NCBI GenBank assembly: GCA_040902485.1 | Contig: JBBDXF010000028.1 | Location: 33,270-97,269 of the forward strand | Length of the DNA stretch: 64,000 nucleotides | From: Myxococcota bacterium | GTDB taxonomy: Bacteria; Myxococcota_A; UBA9160; SZUA-336 | Reading direction: 5' to 3' | Part shown: positions 19,032 through 28,773 of the stretch, in pieces | Position numbering within the stretch: the stretch's first letter is position 1 | Layout: every line of letters begins with the position of its first letter | The notes under the pieces: model-generated | Databases searched by the model: none | What the model was told of the DNA's origin: nothing | The model's input: only the letters and a program-made list of their open reading frames with translations | Made by a program: the position numbers and the translations under genes

Positions 19032-20684
19032 ATGAGCGGATGCGGCACGCGACGAAGAATCGGCCTCGCCTCGGCCTGCGCGGCGCTCGCGCTGGCGGGC
19101 TGCTTCGCCGTGCCGGTGGGCGTCTCGCCCGCGGATCCGAGCGCGGTCGAGCGCGAGCTGACCTCGAACGTGCTGAACTCGGGCGAGCCGAGCCTGCTCT
19201 CCACGCAGGTGCTGCAGCGACAGGACCTCTACGACCGCTGGCAGCGCAACCCGCCCGCGGCGCTCGCGGAGCTGCACCGGCGACTCGGCGGCAGCGGCGG
19301 GCGGTACCCGCTCTTCGCGCTCTCGGAGCTCTCGTATGCGTACGCGCAGGACTCCGGCGACCGGAGCTACGCCGGCCGCCGATCTGCGCGTGCGCGGACT
19401 GCGCAACCGCTACCGCCGCGCGGGCATCGGCGCGCCGCTGGTTGCGCGCCTCGCGGCCGGGCAGGTCGAGCACCAAGCGGCCGAGCACCGGCGCATTCCC
19501 GACCTGGTCAAGGTTCCGATCACCGCGTTCCTGCGGCTCGACCAGCCGCGCGCGAATCTGGATCACGGCTGGCTCGCCGGTCGGCTCGAGCTGTACTCGC
19601 AGGACGACTTGCTCGAGGTCGAGGTCGACGGCCGCGAGTGGCCGCTGGAGTTCGAGACCAGCTCCGCCCTCGCCTACATGCTCGGTGACTCGCCGTGGTG
19701 GGACTTCGAGCTCGAAGGCTTCTTCTCGGGCGTGTTCCGCACCGACGCCGAGCACCGTGGCGCGGACGACGGGCTGCTGCTGATCCATCCGTACAGACCC
19801 GGGCTGATCCCCGTCGTGCTCGTACACGGTACGGCGTCGAGCCCGGCGCGCCGGGCGGATCTGATGAACGAGCTCGAGATCGATCGCGACATCTGGGGCC
19901 GCTACCAGATCTGGCTCTACATGTACAACAGCGGCAATCCGATCGGCTACTCCGCCGGCGCGATGCGTCAGGCGCTCGAGAAGACCGTGCGGGAACTCGA
20001 TCCGCGCGGGACGGATCCCGCGCTGCGCCGCATGGTGGTGATCGGTCACAGCCAGGGGGGCTGCTCGCGAAGCTCACCGCGGTAGACAGCGCAGATGTCT
20101 TCTGGAAGCTCTCCAGCGACGGCGCGTTCGAAGACGTGCGGATGGACGACGAGACGCGCGTGATTCTGGCGAATTCGAACTTCTTCAGGCCCGAGCCGTT
20201 CGTAGCGCGGGTGATCTTCGTGTGCACGCCGCACCGCGGGAGCTACCTCGCTGGCATGACGCTGAGCCGGCTCGTGGGGTCGTTCGTCGCGCTGCCGAGC
20301 GAGCTCACCGGCCGCATGCGCGAGGTGCTCACGTTGAACGAGGGTGCGCTCATCCTGCGCCACTTCGACCGACTCCCCACGAGCCTCGACAACATGAACC
20401 CATCGAGCGAGTTCATCCAGGCGCTGGCTTCGCTGCCGATCGCGCCCGGCATCGCCGCGAACTCGATCATCGCGCTCGACGACGAGGACGCGCTCGACGT
20501 CGCCAGTGACGGTGTCGTCCGCTACTCGAGCGCCCACCTCGAGGGCGTCGAGTCGGAGAAGATCATCCGCGCCGGTCACTCGGCGCAGGGCGACCCGGCC
20601 GCGATCGAGGAGATCCGCCGGATCCTGCTCCTGCACCTGCGCGAATCCGCGCCGGCGCTCACTCCCCCAGCACGAACGCCGTGA
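19032..20684 (+). pseudogene. Alpha/beta-hydrolase (lipase/esterase) lipoprotein split over three frames
   Basis: Lipobox LAGC (frame of ORF 18996). PVVLVHG and VIGHSQGG (frame of ORF 19336). TPHRGS, SDGVV, GHS (frame of ORF 19695). Shifts at about 19371 and 20060. Confidence 0.8.
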
Positions 20685-21519
20685 GCACCTTCTCGAACGC
20701 CTCGGGGTTGTCGAGCATCACGGAGTGGCCCGCGCGCGCGACCGTCTCGAGCTTGGCGTTCGGGATCACTTCGTCGGCCATCTTGTCGGCGACCTCGGCC
20801 GACATCACGTCCGAGGCGGCGCCGCGCACGACCAGCGCGGGGCAGGGGAGCTTGGCGAGCGCGGCCCACAGCTGCTTCGCCTCCTGCTCGGACCAGGCCT
20901 TGGCGTCCTCGGCGGAGATCCCCTTTCGCGCCTTCATGAAGCCCGGGTCGAGCCGCAGCTCGTAGCGGCCGTCGTCGCGCTTGCGCGTCCAGTGCACGGC
21001 GAGCTTCGCGAGGATCTCCGGCTTGGTCGCCGCGTACTGGCGCTGCAACACGCGCTCGTAGTCCGCGACGCTCGCGAACGACCAATCCTGCTGCTGTACG
21101 TCCAGGCTGATGCGCGTAGTGCCGCGCGCGTCGAGGTCGGGCGCGGAGTCGACGATCACGAGCCCCGCGAGCTTCTCCGGGAACAGCCCCGCGAAGCGCA
21201 TCGCGACGCGGCCGCCGAGTGAGTGGCCGACGATCACCACGCGCGACACGCCCAGTGACTCGATCGCCGCGTTCGCGTCGCGCGCCATGGTCTCGTGGTC
21301 ATAGCGGCCTTCGGGATCGCCGCCGGAGTCGCCGTGGCCGCGCTGATCGAGCGCCACGACGCGATAGTGCGGAGCCACCACGGGGGCGACCCAGTCCCAC
21401 ACGTGCGCGTCGTTCGAGAAGCCGTGCAGGAAGAGCAGGAGCGTGCCTTCCCGGCTCCACTCGAGCGCGTGCAGATCGAGGCCGTGCGTGCCGGGCAGAC
21501 GGATCGAGCGGGGTTGCAT
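20659..21519 (-). CDS. Alpha/beta hydrolase
   Basis: FLHGF, DQRGHG, GHSLGG, AGHSV. Confidence 0.92.
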   Translation of the reverse strand: MQPRSIRLPGTHGLDLHALEWSREGTLLLFLHGFSNDAHVWDWVAPVVAPHYRVVALDQRGHGDSGGDPEGRYDHETMARDANAAIESLGVSRVVIVGHSLGGRVAMRFAGLFPEKLAGLVIVDSAPDLDARGTTRISLDVQQQDWSFASVADYERVLQRQYAATKPEILAKLAVHWTRKRDDGRYELRLDPGFMKARKGISAEDAKAWSEQEAKQLWAALAKLPCPALVVRGAASDVMSAEVADKMADEVIPNAKLETVARAGHSVMLDNPEAFEKVLTAFVLGE

Positions 21520-21533
21520 CGGGCGAGTCTACC

Positions 21534-22313
21534 TCAGTCGATGCCGCCGGGTTCCACGCCGCGCGCGCGCAGCCGGGCGCGCGCGCGTGCCCGCAGCTCG
21601 GCGACCGCCGCGTGGGTCCGGTCGCGCAGCGCGCCGCGGTCCTCGCTGCCCAGCCCCTCCACGGGGATCGCCTCGCCGATCTCGAGCACGACGGGACCCT
21701 TGCGGACCCAGATCGTCTCCGGCCGCCAGATCCGGAACGTCCCCGCGACGGCGATCGGCAGGATCGGCAGCTTGAAGTCGAGCGCCGTCGCGAACGCGCC
21801 CATCTTGAAAGGCCGGTACGACCCGTCGCGCGAGCGATTGCCCTCGGCGAAGAACAGGATCGAGACGTCGCGGCTGCGCTCCGACATCCCCTCCTGGATT
21901 CGCTTCACGTCCGCGCCGGTGCGCGTGCGCTCGACCGCGATGTTTCCGGTGCGGCGCAGCGCCGGGCCGAAGACCGGCACTGCGAGCAGCTCCGTCTTCA
22001 GCACGAAGCGGATCACCAGGTCGGGGAGCGACGCGATGATCGTGGGCGGATCCCAGTTGCTCTCGTGGTTCGAGACCACCACGTAGGCCTGGCCGGGGAC
22101 GAGCTTCTCGAGGCCGTTGCGCTCCACGTCCGTGCCGCCGACGACCAGGCAGGTGCGCGCGAAGCCGCGGTAGTAGCGGTGCGCGGCGTGTGGCGTCGCG
22201 CCGAGCAGCGCGTGCAGGAACGCGAGCGCGCTCCAGAACACGACGCCGAGCGGGAGCACCGCGAGCGCGAGCAGGCCGCGCGGCAGATCTCGCCAGCTCT
22301 CGATTCTCCCCAT
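21534..22313 (-). CDS. Lysophospholipid acyltransferase (PlsC family)
   Basis: NHESNWD (HX4D), FAEGNRS, FKMGAF. Confidence 0.9.
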   Translation of the reverse strand: MGRIESWRDLPRGLLALAVLPLGVVFWSALAFLHALLGATPHAAHRYYRGFARTCLVVGGTDVERNGLEKLVPGQAYVVVSNHESNWDPPTIIASLPDLVIRFVLKTELLAVPVFGPALRRTGNIAVERTRTGADVKRIQEGMSERSRDVSILFFAEGNRSRDGSYRPFKMGAFATALDFKLPILPIAVAGTFRIWRPETIWVRKGPVVLEIGEAIPVEGLGSEDRGALRDRTHAAVAELRARARARLRARGVEPGGID

Positions 22314-22368
22314 CGCCGCCAAGACTAGCGCGATGGCCCGGCGCGGTCCGCCCGTCCATAATGCGCGG

Positions 22369-23973
22369 GTGAAGCGGCTGAAGTTCTGGGGCTGGGGCTA
22401 CGAGGACGAGGGTCCCGACGAGACCGCGCGCGCCCGCTTGGCCCGGGGTCTCGGCGAGCGTTTCGGACGAGACGACCTCACGCCGGCGCCGTACCCGCGC
22501 ATCTCGGAGATCACGCTGCCCGCGGCGCGCGTGCGCGCGCCGGCCGCGCTGGCCGCGCTCACCAGCGACGACCCGTGGGAGCGGGCGCGCCACGCGCACG
22601 GGCAGGGCTACCGCGACATCGTGCGCACGCTGCGGCGCGAGTTCCGTTCGCCGCCGGACCTGGTCGCGTTCCCGACCAACGAAGCGCAGGTCGCCGACCT
22701 GCTCGACTGGTGCGCGCGCGAGCGGCTGGCCGCGGTGCCGTTCGGTGGCGGCTCGAGCGTGGTGGGCGGCGTCGAGACGGATTTCGCGGGCGACCATCGC
22801 GGCGTGGTCACGCTCGATCTCGGGCGCCTGGACCGGGTGCTCGAGGTCGACCGCGCATCACGCGCGGCGCGCATCCAGGCCGGCGTGCTCGGCCCCGCGC
22901 TCGAGGACCAGCTCCGGCCGCACGGGCTCACGCTGCGCCACTATCCGCAGTCGTTCGAGTTCAGCTCGCTGGGCGGCTGGATCGCGACGCGCAGCGGCGG
23001 CCACTTCGCCACGCACTACACGCACATCGACGAGTTCGTCGAAGCCCTGCGCGTGGTGACACCGACCGGCGTCGTCGCCACGCGGCGTCTGCCCGGCTCC
23101 GGCGCGGGTCCGTCGCCGGACCGCTTCTTCACCGGCTCGGAGGGCACGCTCGGGATCATCACCGAGGCGTGGATGCGGCTCCAGGATCGGCCCACGAAGC
23201 GCGCGAACGCGAGCGTGCGCTTCGCCGACTTCGCCTCGGCCGTCGCGGCCGTGCACGCCTTGAGCCAGTCCGGACTCGAGCCGGCGAACTGCCGCCTGCT
23301 CGACCCGGGCGAGGCGGCGACCTCCGCCGGCGCGACCGGGGCTGAGTCGATCCTGGTGCTCGGCTTCGAATCCGCGGACCACGCGCTCGACGCCTGGATG
23401 GCGCGCGCGGTCGAGCTCTGCCGCGACCACGGAGGCCTGGTGCCCGACGACGCGCTGCGCACGCGCAGCGACGCGGGCGCCTCGCGCGAGGGCGCGGCCG
23501 GCGCGTGGCGCAACGCCTTCATCGGCGCACCCTACGTACGCGACGCGCTGATCGCGATCGGCGTGTTCACGGAGACCTTCGAGACCGCCTGCACCTGGGA
23601 CCGCTTCGAGCGGCTGCACGCACGCCTGATGAGCGAGGTGCGCGACGCGCTCGTGCGCCTGTGCGGCGCGGGAACCGTCACCTGCCGCTTCACGCACGTC
23701 TACCCGGACGGCCCCGCGCCGTACTACACGATGCTCGCGCCCGCGCGGCGCGGCGCGGAGCTCGAGCTCTGGGACGCGGTGAAGGCCGTCTCGGGCGAGA
23801 TCCTCGCCGCCGAGGGCGGCACGATCACCCATCACCACGCCGTCGGGCGCGATCACCGCAAGTGGTACGACCGCGAGCGCCCCGAGGGCTTCGCGCGCGC
23901 GCTGCGCGCCGCCAAGTCCGAGCTCGACCCGGCCTGGATCCTGAACCCCGGCGTGCTCTTCGATCGCGCCTGA
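22369..23973 (+). CDS. FAD-linked oxidase, alkyl-dihydroxyacetonephosphate synthase-like
   Basis: PFGGGSSVVGG, HYPQSFEFSSLGGW, GSEGTLG, THVY, TITHHHAVG, LNPG. Confidence 0.85.
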   Translation: MKRLKFWGWGYEDEGPDETARARLARGLGERFGRDDLTPAPYPRISEITLPAARVRAPAALAALTSDDPWERARHAHGQGYRDIVRTLRREFRSPPDLVAFPTNEAQVADLLDWCARERLAAVPFGGGSSVVGGVETDFAGDHRGVVTLDLGRLDRVLEVDRASRAARIQAGVLGPALEDQLRPHGLTLRHYPQSFEFSSLGGWIATRSGGHFATHYTHIDEFVEALRVVTPTGVVATRRLPGSGAGPSPDRFFTGSEGTLGIITEAWMRLQDRPTKRANASVRFADFASAVAAVHALSQSGLEPANCRLLDPGEAATSAGATGAESILVLGFESADHALDAWMARAVELCRDHGGLVPDDALRTRSDAGASREGAAGAWRNAFIGAPYVRDALIAIGVFTETFETACTWDRFERLHARLMSEVRDALVRLCGAGTVTCRFTHVYPDGPAPYYTMLAPARRGAELELWDAVKAVSGEILAAEGGTITHHHAVGRDHRKWYDRERPEGFARALRAAKSELDPAWILNPGVLFDRA

Positions 23974-24002
23974 AGAAACCGACCGACACGGAGGTGCGTA
24001 GC

Positions 24003-24812
24003 ATGACTGACGCCTACGAGACGCTGCTGGTGACCCGGGAGCCGGGCGGGCTCGTCCTCTGCACGCTGAACCGGCCGCAGTCGCTGAACGCTATGAGCCC
24101 GAAGCTGGTCGACGAGCTGCATGCCTTCCTGGACGCGCTTCACGACGACACCGATGCGCGGGTCGTGATCCTGCGCGGGGCGGGGCGGGGTTTCTGCGCG
24201 GGCCTCGACCTGCGCGAGCAGACCGGCGGCGCGACGCTGCGGCCGAGCGTCTCGACCAGCCTGCGCGGGCAGCACAAGATCGCCGAGCTCGTGATCAAGA
24301 TGCGGCGCGTGTCGCAGGTCTTCATCGCGCTCGTGCACGGCGCGGCCGCGGGCGGCGGCTTCGCGCTCGTGCTCGCCTCCGACATCCGCATCGCCGGCGA
24401 GAGCGCGCGCATGAACGCCGCCTTCATCCGCATCGGGCTGGGCGCGTGCGACATCGGTGCGTCGTACTTCCTGCCGCGCATCGTCGGCTCGTCGGTCGCG
24501 GCCGAGCTCCTGCTCACCGGCAACTTCATCGAGGCACCGCGCGCGCTCGCCACCGGCCTGGTCTCGCGCGTCGTGCCCGACGCCGACCTCGAGAAGGCCG
24601 GGCGCGAGATGGCCGAGGCGATCCTGCGCAATTCCCCGGTCGGCGTGCGGCTCACCAAGGACTGCCTCAACTGGAGCATCGACGCGCCCACGCTCGAAGC
24701 CGCGATCGCGATGGAGGACCGCAACCAGATCCTGGCTTCGCAGAGCGGCGACTTCCACGAGGGCGTGCGCGCGTTCCTGGAGAAGCGCGAGCCGTTGTAC
24801 AGTGGCGATTGA
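24003..24812 (+). CDS. Enoyl-CoA hydratase/isomerase
   Basis: LNRP, FCAGLDL, GGGFAL, EGVRAFLEKR. GGAGG RBS. Confidence 0.92.
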   Translation: MTDAYETLLVTREPGGLVLCTLNRPQSLNAMSPKLVDELHAFLDALHDDTDARVVILRGAGRGFCAGLDLREQTGGATLRPSVSTSLRGQHKIAELVIKMRRVSQVFIALVHGAAAGGGFALVLASDIRIAGESARMNAAFIRIGLGACDIGASYFLPRIVGSSVAAELLLTGNFIEAPRALATGLVSRVVPDADLEKAGREMAEAILRNSPVGVRLTKDCLNWSIDAPTLEAAIAMEDRNQILASQSGDFHEGVRAFLEKREPLYSGD

Positions 24813-24854
24813 GCGTTCCGGTAGCATCGCTTCGAACACAGAAGGAGCCCCGCA

Positions 24855-26066
24855 ATGGATTTCGAGCCGAGTGAGAAGGTCAAGGAGATCCAGCGCCAGC
24901 TCGAGCGCTTCATGGACGAGCACGTCTACCCGGCCGAGCGCGTGGTGGGCGAGCAGATCGAGGCGAGCGGCAACCCGCACCACATGCCCGAGATCATCCA
25001 GGAGCTCGCGAAGAAGGCGAAGAAGCTCGGGCTCTGGAATCTGTTCCTGCCCGACGAGGAGCACGGCGCCGGACTCACCAACCTCGAGTACGCGCCGCTG
25101 TGCGAGGTCATGGGCCGTAGCGCGATCGCGCCGCGCATCTTCAACTGCGCCGCGCCCGACACCGGCAACATGGAGATCCTGGCCGAGTTCGGAAGCGAAC
25201 AGCAGAAGAAGAAGTACCTGCAGCCGCTGCTCGACGGCAAGATCCGCTCCTGCTTCTCGATGACCGAGCCCGAGGTGTCGAGCGCGGATCCCACGCAGCT
25301 CACCACGCTCGCCAAGCGCGACGGCGACAGCTACGTGCTCAACGGTCACAAGTGGTTCACGTCCGGCGCGATCGGCTCGGAGTTCGCGATCGTGATGGCG
25401 GTGACCGATCCGTCCGCGGCGCCGCACCAGCGCGCCAGCATGATCCTGGTGCCGACCGCGACGCCCGGTTTCAAGATCGTGCGCGCCGTCTCGGTGATGG
25501 GGCACTCCGGCGGCGGCGGCCACTGCGAGATCCGCTACGAGGACTGCCGCGTGCCGGTCGAGAGCCGCCTCGGCCCGGAAGGCGCGGGCTTCGCGATCGC
25601 GCAGGCGCGGCTCGGCCCGGGCCGCATCCACCACTGCATGCGCTGCATCGGCGGTGCGCAGCGCGCGTACGAGATCATGGTCGACTACGCGGCGAACCGG
25701 AAGGTCGGCGGCGAGCCGCTCGGCACCAAGCAGTTCATCCAGGACTTCATCGCGAACTCGAAGATGGAGATCGACCAGGCGCGCCTGTTCACGCTGTACA
25801 CGGCGTGGAAGATGGACAGCGTCGGCAAGAAGGAGGCCGCGCAGGAGATCTCGATGATCAAGGTGATCGCGGCGAATCTGCTGATGGCCGTATGCGACCG
25901 CGCGATCCAGACCATGGGTTCGCTCGGAGTCACGGACGACACGCCGGTCGCGGCGATGTGGCGCAACGGCCGCTCGCTGCGCATCGCCGACGGACCCGAC
26001 GAGGTACACAAGATGGTGATCGCCCGCCGCGAGCTGAAGCGCTGGGCGGGGCTGAGCGTGCGGTAG
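24855..26066 (+). CDS. Acyl-CoA dehydrogenase
   Basis: NCAAPDTGNME, MTEP, NGHKWF, RLGPGRIHHCMR, ADGPDEVH. Confidence 0.95.
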   Translation: MDFEPSEKVKEIQRQLERFMDEHVYPAERVVGEQIEASGNPHHMPEIIQELAKKAKKLGLWNLFLPDEEHGAGLTNLEYAPLCEVMGRSAIAPRIFNCAAPDTGNMEILAEFGSEQQKKKYLQPLLDGKIRSCFSMTEPEVSSADPTQLTTLAKRDGDSYVLNGHKWFTSGAIGSEFAIVMAVTDPSAAPHQRASMILVPTATPGFKIVRAVSVMGHSGGGGHCEIRYEDCRVPVESRLGPEGAGFAIAQARLGPGRIHHCMRCIGGAQRAYEIMVDYAANRKVGGEPLGTKQFIQDFIANSKMEIDQARLFTLYTAWKMDSVGKKEAAQEISMIKVIAANLLMAVCDRAIQTMGSLGVTDDTPVAAMWRNGRSLRIADGPDEVHKMVIARRELKRWAGLSVR

Positions 26067-26070
26067 CGGA

Positions 26071-27261
26071 ATGGCGCGAGCGGCGGCCGGACTGGCGGCG
26101 CTCCTGCTCCTGCTCGCGGCGCGCGGCGCCGCGGCGCAGACCGGCTGCGGCGAGCTGGACGGCTCGCTCGACTTCGCCGCTCCCGACCCCGCGTATCTGC
26201 GCGAGGATCTGGCGGGCGTGGCGGCGCTCGATGCGTGGGGCGTCCTGCGCTGCGACGTGCGGGACGAGACGCCGCTCATGAACGACCCCGTCGACCGAAG
26301 CGATCCCGGCCACGGCTGCACGGTCGTGGACGCGGTGGTCATGCGGCGCTCGCTCGCCGCCCTTGAGCCCCCGCTCGCGCCGGTCTGCGCCGTCTTTGGC
26401 AGCCAGGACTGCTGCGCGGCGCACGAGAGCGTGGGCTGCGACGAGCTCGCCGTCACCACCTGCGTCTGCGACCTCGAGCCCCGCTGCTGTCGCGGAGCGT
26501 GGGACTCGGTGTGCGCGGCGATCGCCTGCAGCGGTGCGTGCGCGGGAGTCTGTCGGTCGACCGACGAGCCGCAGCCGAATGCCGGGATCGTCTCGTCCCC
26601 CGCCGGACCCGGCTGCCCCGACGGCATGGTCGCCGCGGGCGCGGTCTGCATCGATCGCTACGAGGCTTTCGTCGAGGAATACGAGCCGCTGAACGGCACG
26701 TTCGTCGGACCGTGGTCGCCCTACGTCAGTCCAACCGGTCATGCCGTGCGTGCGGTCTCGGCCGCGGGCGCGCGCCCCCAGGCGTTCATCAACGCCAACG
26801 AAGCCGAGGACGCCTGCCAGGGCTCGGGAAAGCGCCTGTGCAGCTCGGTCGAGTGGCTGCGCGCGTGCCGGGGACCGACGAGCCTGACCTATCCCTACGG
26901 CCCGACGCGGATCGTCGGCGCCTGCAACGACGAGCGCACGACGCTTCCGCACTACGACTACTTCGGAACCGATGATCCCGCGCTGTTCGGCGACGCGCCC
27001 TCGCACCGCTGTTTCAATCAGATCAGCCCGGGGCTGGCCGACACCGGCAGTCATCCGCTGTGCGCGGGCGTCGAGGGCGTGTTCGACATGGTCGGCGGTC
27101 TGGACGAGTGGGTCGCGGACGCCGCAGGAACGTTCCGCGGCGGCACCTACGTCTACGATGGCGGGTTGAACGGACCCGGCTGCGGCTACGTCACGACGGC
27201 GCACGATCGGAACCATCGCACCCATCGCACGGGCTTCCGCTGCTGCGCCGATCCTCCCTAG
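26071..27261 (+). CDS. Exported Cys-rich protein with C-terminal FGE-sulfatase (C-type lectin fold) domain
   Basis: Signal peptide; CPDGMV, CIDRYE, KRLCSSVEW..AC, DMVGGLDEW, RGG, GFRCC. Confidence 0.85.
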   Translation: MARAAAGLAALLLLLAARGAAAQTGCGELDGSLDFAAPDPAYLREDLAGVAALDAWGVLRCDVRDETPLMNDPVDRSDPGHGCTVVDAVVMRRSLAALEPPLAPVCAVFGSQDCCAAHESVGCDELAVTTCVCDLEPRCCRGAWDSVCAAIACSGACAGVCRSTDEPQPNAGIVSSPAGPGCPDGMVAAGAVCIDRYEAFVEEYEPLNGTFVGPWSPYVSPTGHAVRAVSAAGARPQAFINANEAEDACQGSGKRLCSSVEWLRACRGPTSLTYPYGPTRIVGACNDERTTLPHYDYFGTDDPALFGDAPSHRCFNQISPGLADTGSHPLCAGVEGVFDMVGGLDEWVADAAGTFRGGTYVYDGGLNGPGCGYVTTAHDRNHRTHRTGFRCCADPP

Positions 27262-27265
27262 GGCG

Positions 27266-28741
27266 TCAGCTCTCCTTCTCGATCGCCAGGTAGAGCGTTC
27301 CGTCGCCGCGCTGCACCAGCAGCACCGCGGAGTCGGCGCTCGTGGCGAGCGCGTCCTTGAGCTGCTTGGGCGTGCCGATCTCGACGCGGTTCGCCTCCAC
27401 GATCACGTCGCCGGGCCGCAGGCCGGCGCGCGCCGCCGCGGAATCCGGATCGACCGCGGAGACGACCACGCCCTTGGCGTTGCCCGACAGCCCGAGCCGC
27501 GCCGCGATCTCGTCGTTGATCGCCTGGACCTCGAAGCCCCAGTCCATGTCCGCGCCCGCGTCGCTGGCGGGCTGGATCTCCTCCTCCTGCATCTTCTCGA
27601 GCGTGGCCTTGAGCTTGCGCACCTTGCCGTCGCGCTGGATCTCGACCTCGACGGCGCTGCCCGGCGGCGTCGACGCGACGATGCGCGGCAGGTCGTCGTA
27701 GTCCTCGATCGGCTTGCCATTGAACTTCGTGATCACGTCGCCGCGCTCGAGCTTGGCCTTCGAGGCAGGGCTGTTCTCGAACACCTGGCCGACCAGCGCG
27801 CCCTTCGCGTCCTGGATCTTGAAGGTCTTGGCGAGCGCCGGCGTGACGCGCTGGATCTGCACGCCGAGCCAGCCGCGCGTCACCGATCCGTATTCCAGCA
27901 GCTGCGGCAGCAAGCTCTTCGCCATGTTGATCGGAATCGCGAAGCCGATGCCCTGGCCGCTGGCCGCGATCGCCGTGTTGATGCCGACCACGCGCCCCTT
28001 CATGTCGATCAGCGGGCCGCCCGAGTTGCCGGGATTGATGCTCGCGTCGGTCTGCAGGAAGTCGTCGTACGGGCCGGCGATCTGCTCGCCGCCGAAGTTC
28101 GAGCGACCCTTCGCGGAGAGGATGCCGACCGTCACGGTGTGGTCGAGGCCGAACGGGTTGCCGATCGCCATCACCCAGCTGCCGACGCGCAGACCCTCGG
28201 AGTCACCGAGCGGAACCGGGGTGAGGAGCTTGGTCGAATCGACCTTGATCAGCGCCAGATCGGTCTTCGGGTCGCGCCCGACGACCTTGGCGTCGAGCTC
28301 GGTGCCGTCGTCGAACACCGCGACCATCTTGTCCGCGTTCTCGACCACGTGGTTGTTGGTGACGATCAGGCCGTCGCTCGAGACCACGAAGCCGGAACCG
28401 GTCGACGGTACGTTGAACTGGCGCGGGCCCTTCTTCTGGCCTTTCTCGCCCGGCTTGCGCTGGCCGAAGAACTCCTCGAACAGCTCCTCCGGCCCGCCGC
28501 GCAGCGTCTGCTTGCGCTCGACCTTGATGTTCACGACCGCGGGCGAGACTTTCTCGGCGAGATCCGCCAGCGAGTCCGGCCGCGCCGACGCGTCGCCCGG
28601 CTCGCCCTCGGTCCAGAAGGGCTTCGAGAGCTCGGCGCGCGCGACCTGCGCGAGCGGGGGCGCGGCGGCGAGACCGAGCGAAAGCGTGCCGATCGCGAGG
28701 CCGCGCAGCGCTGCGGAACCGATGACGGACAAACGAGGCAT
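27266..28741 (-). CDS. HtrA/DegQ serine protease with two PDZ domains
   Basis: TNNHVV, DLAL, QTDASINPGNSGGP. Confidence 0.95.
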   Translation of the reverse strand: MPRLSVIGSAALRGLAIGTLSLGLAAAPPLAQVARAELSKPFWTEGEPGDASARPDSLADLAEKVSPAVVNIKVERKQTLRGGPEELFEEFFGQRKPGEKGQKKGPRQFNVPSTGSGFVVSSDGLIVTNNHVVENADKMVAVFDDGTELDAKVVGRDPKTDLALIKVDSTKLLTPVPLGDSEGLRVGSWVMAIGNPFGLDHTVTVGILSAKGRSNFGGEQIAGPYDDFLQTDASINPGNSGGPLIDMKGRVVGINTAIAASGQGIGFAIPINMAKSLLPQLLEYGSVTRGWLGVQIQRVTPALAKTFKIQDAKGALVGQVFENSPASKAKLERGDVITKFNGKPIEDYDDLPRIVASTPPGSAVEVEIQRDGKVRKLKATLEKMQEEEIQPASDAGADMDWGFEVQAINDEIAARLGLSGNAKGVVVSAVDPDSAAARAGLRPGDVIVEANRVEIGTPKQLKDALATSADSAVLLVQRGDGTLYLAIEKES

Positions 28742-28773
28742 CGATGGGTCTCCCTAGGGGTTGGGCGTTCGCT

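Noticed and set aside
27100-27261. FGE/C-type-lectin C-terminus as a diversity-generating retroelement target
   Set aside because: I found no reverse transcriptase and no template-repeat copy of this region in the window.
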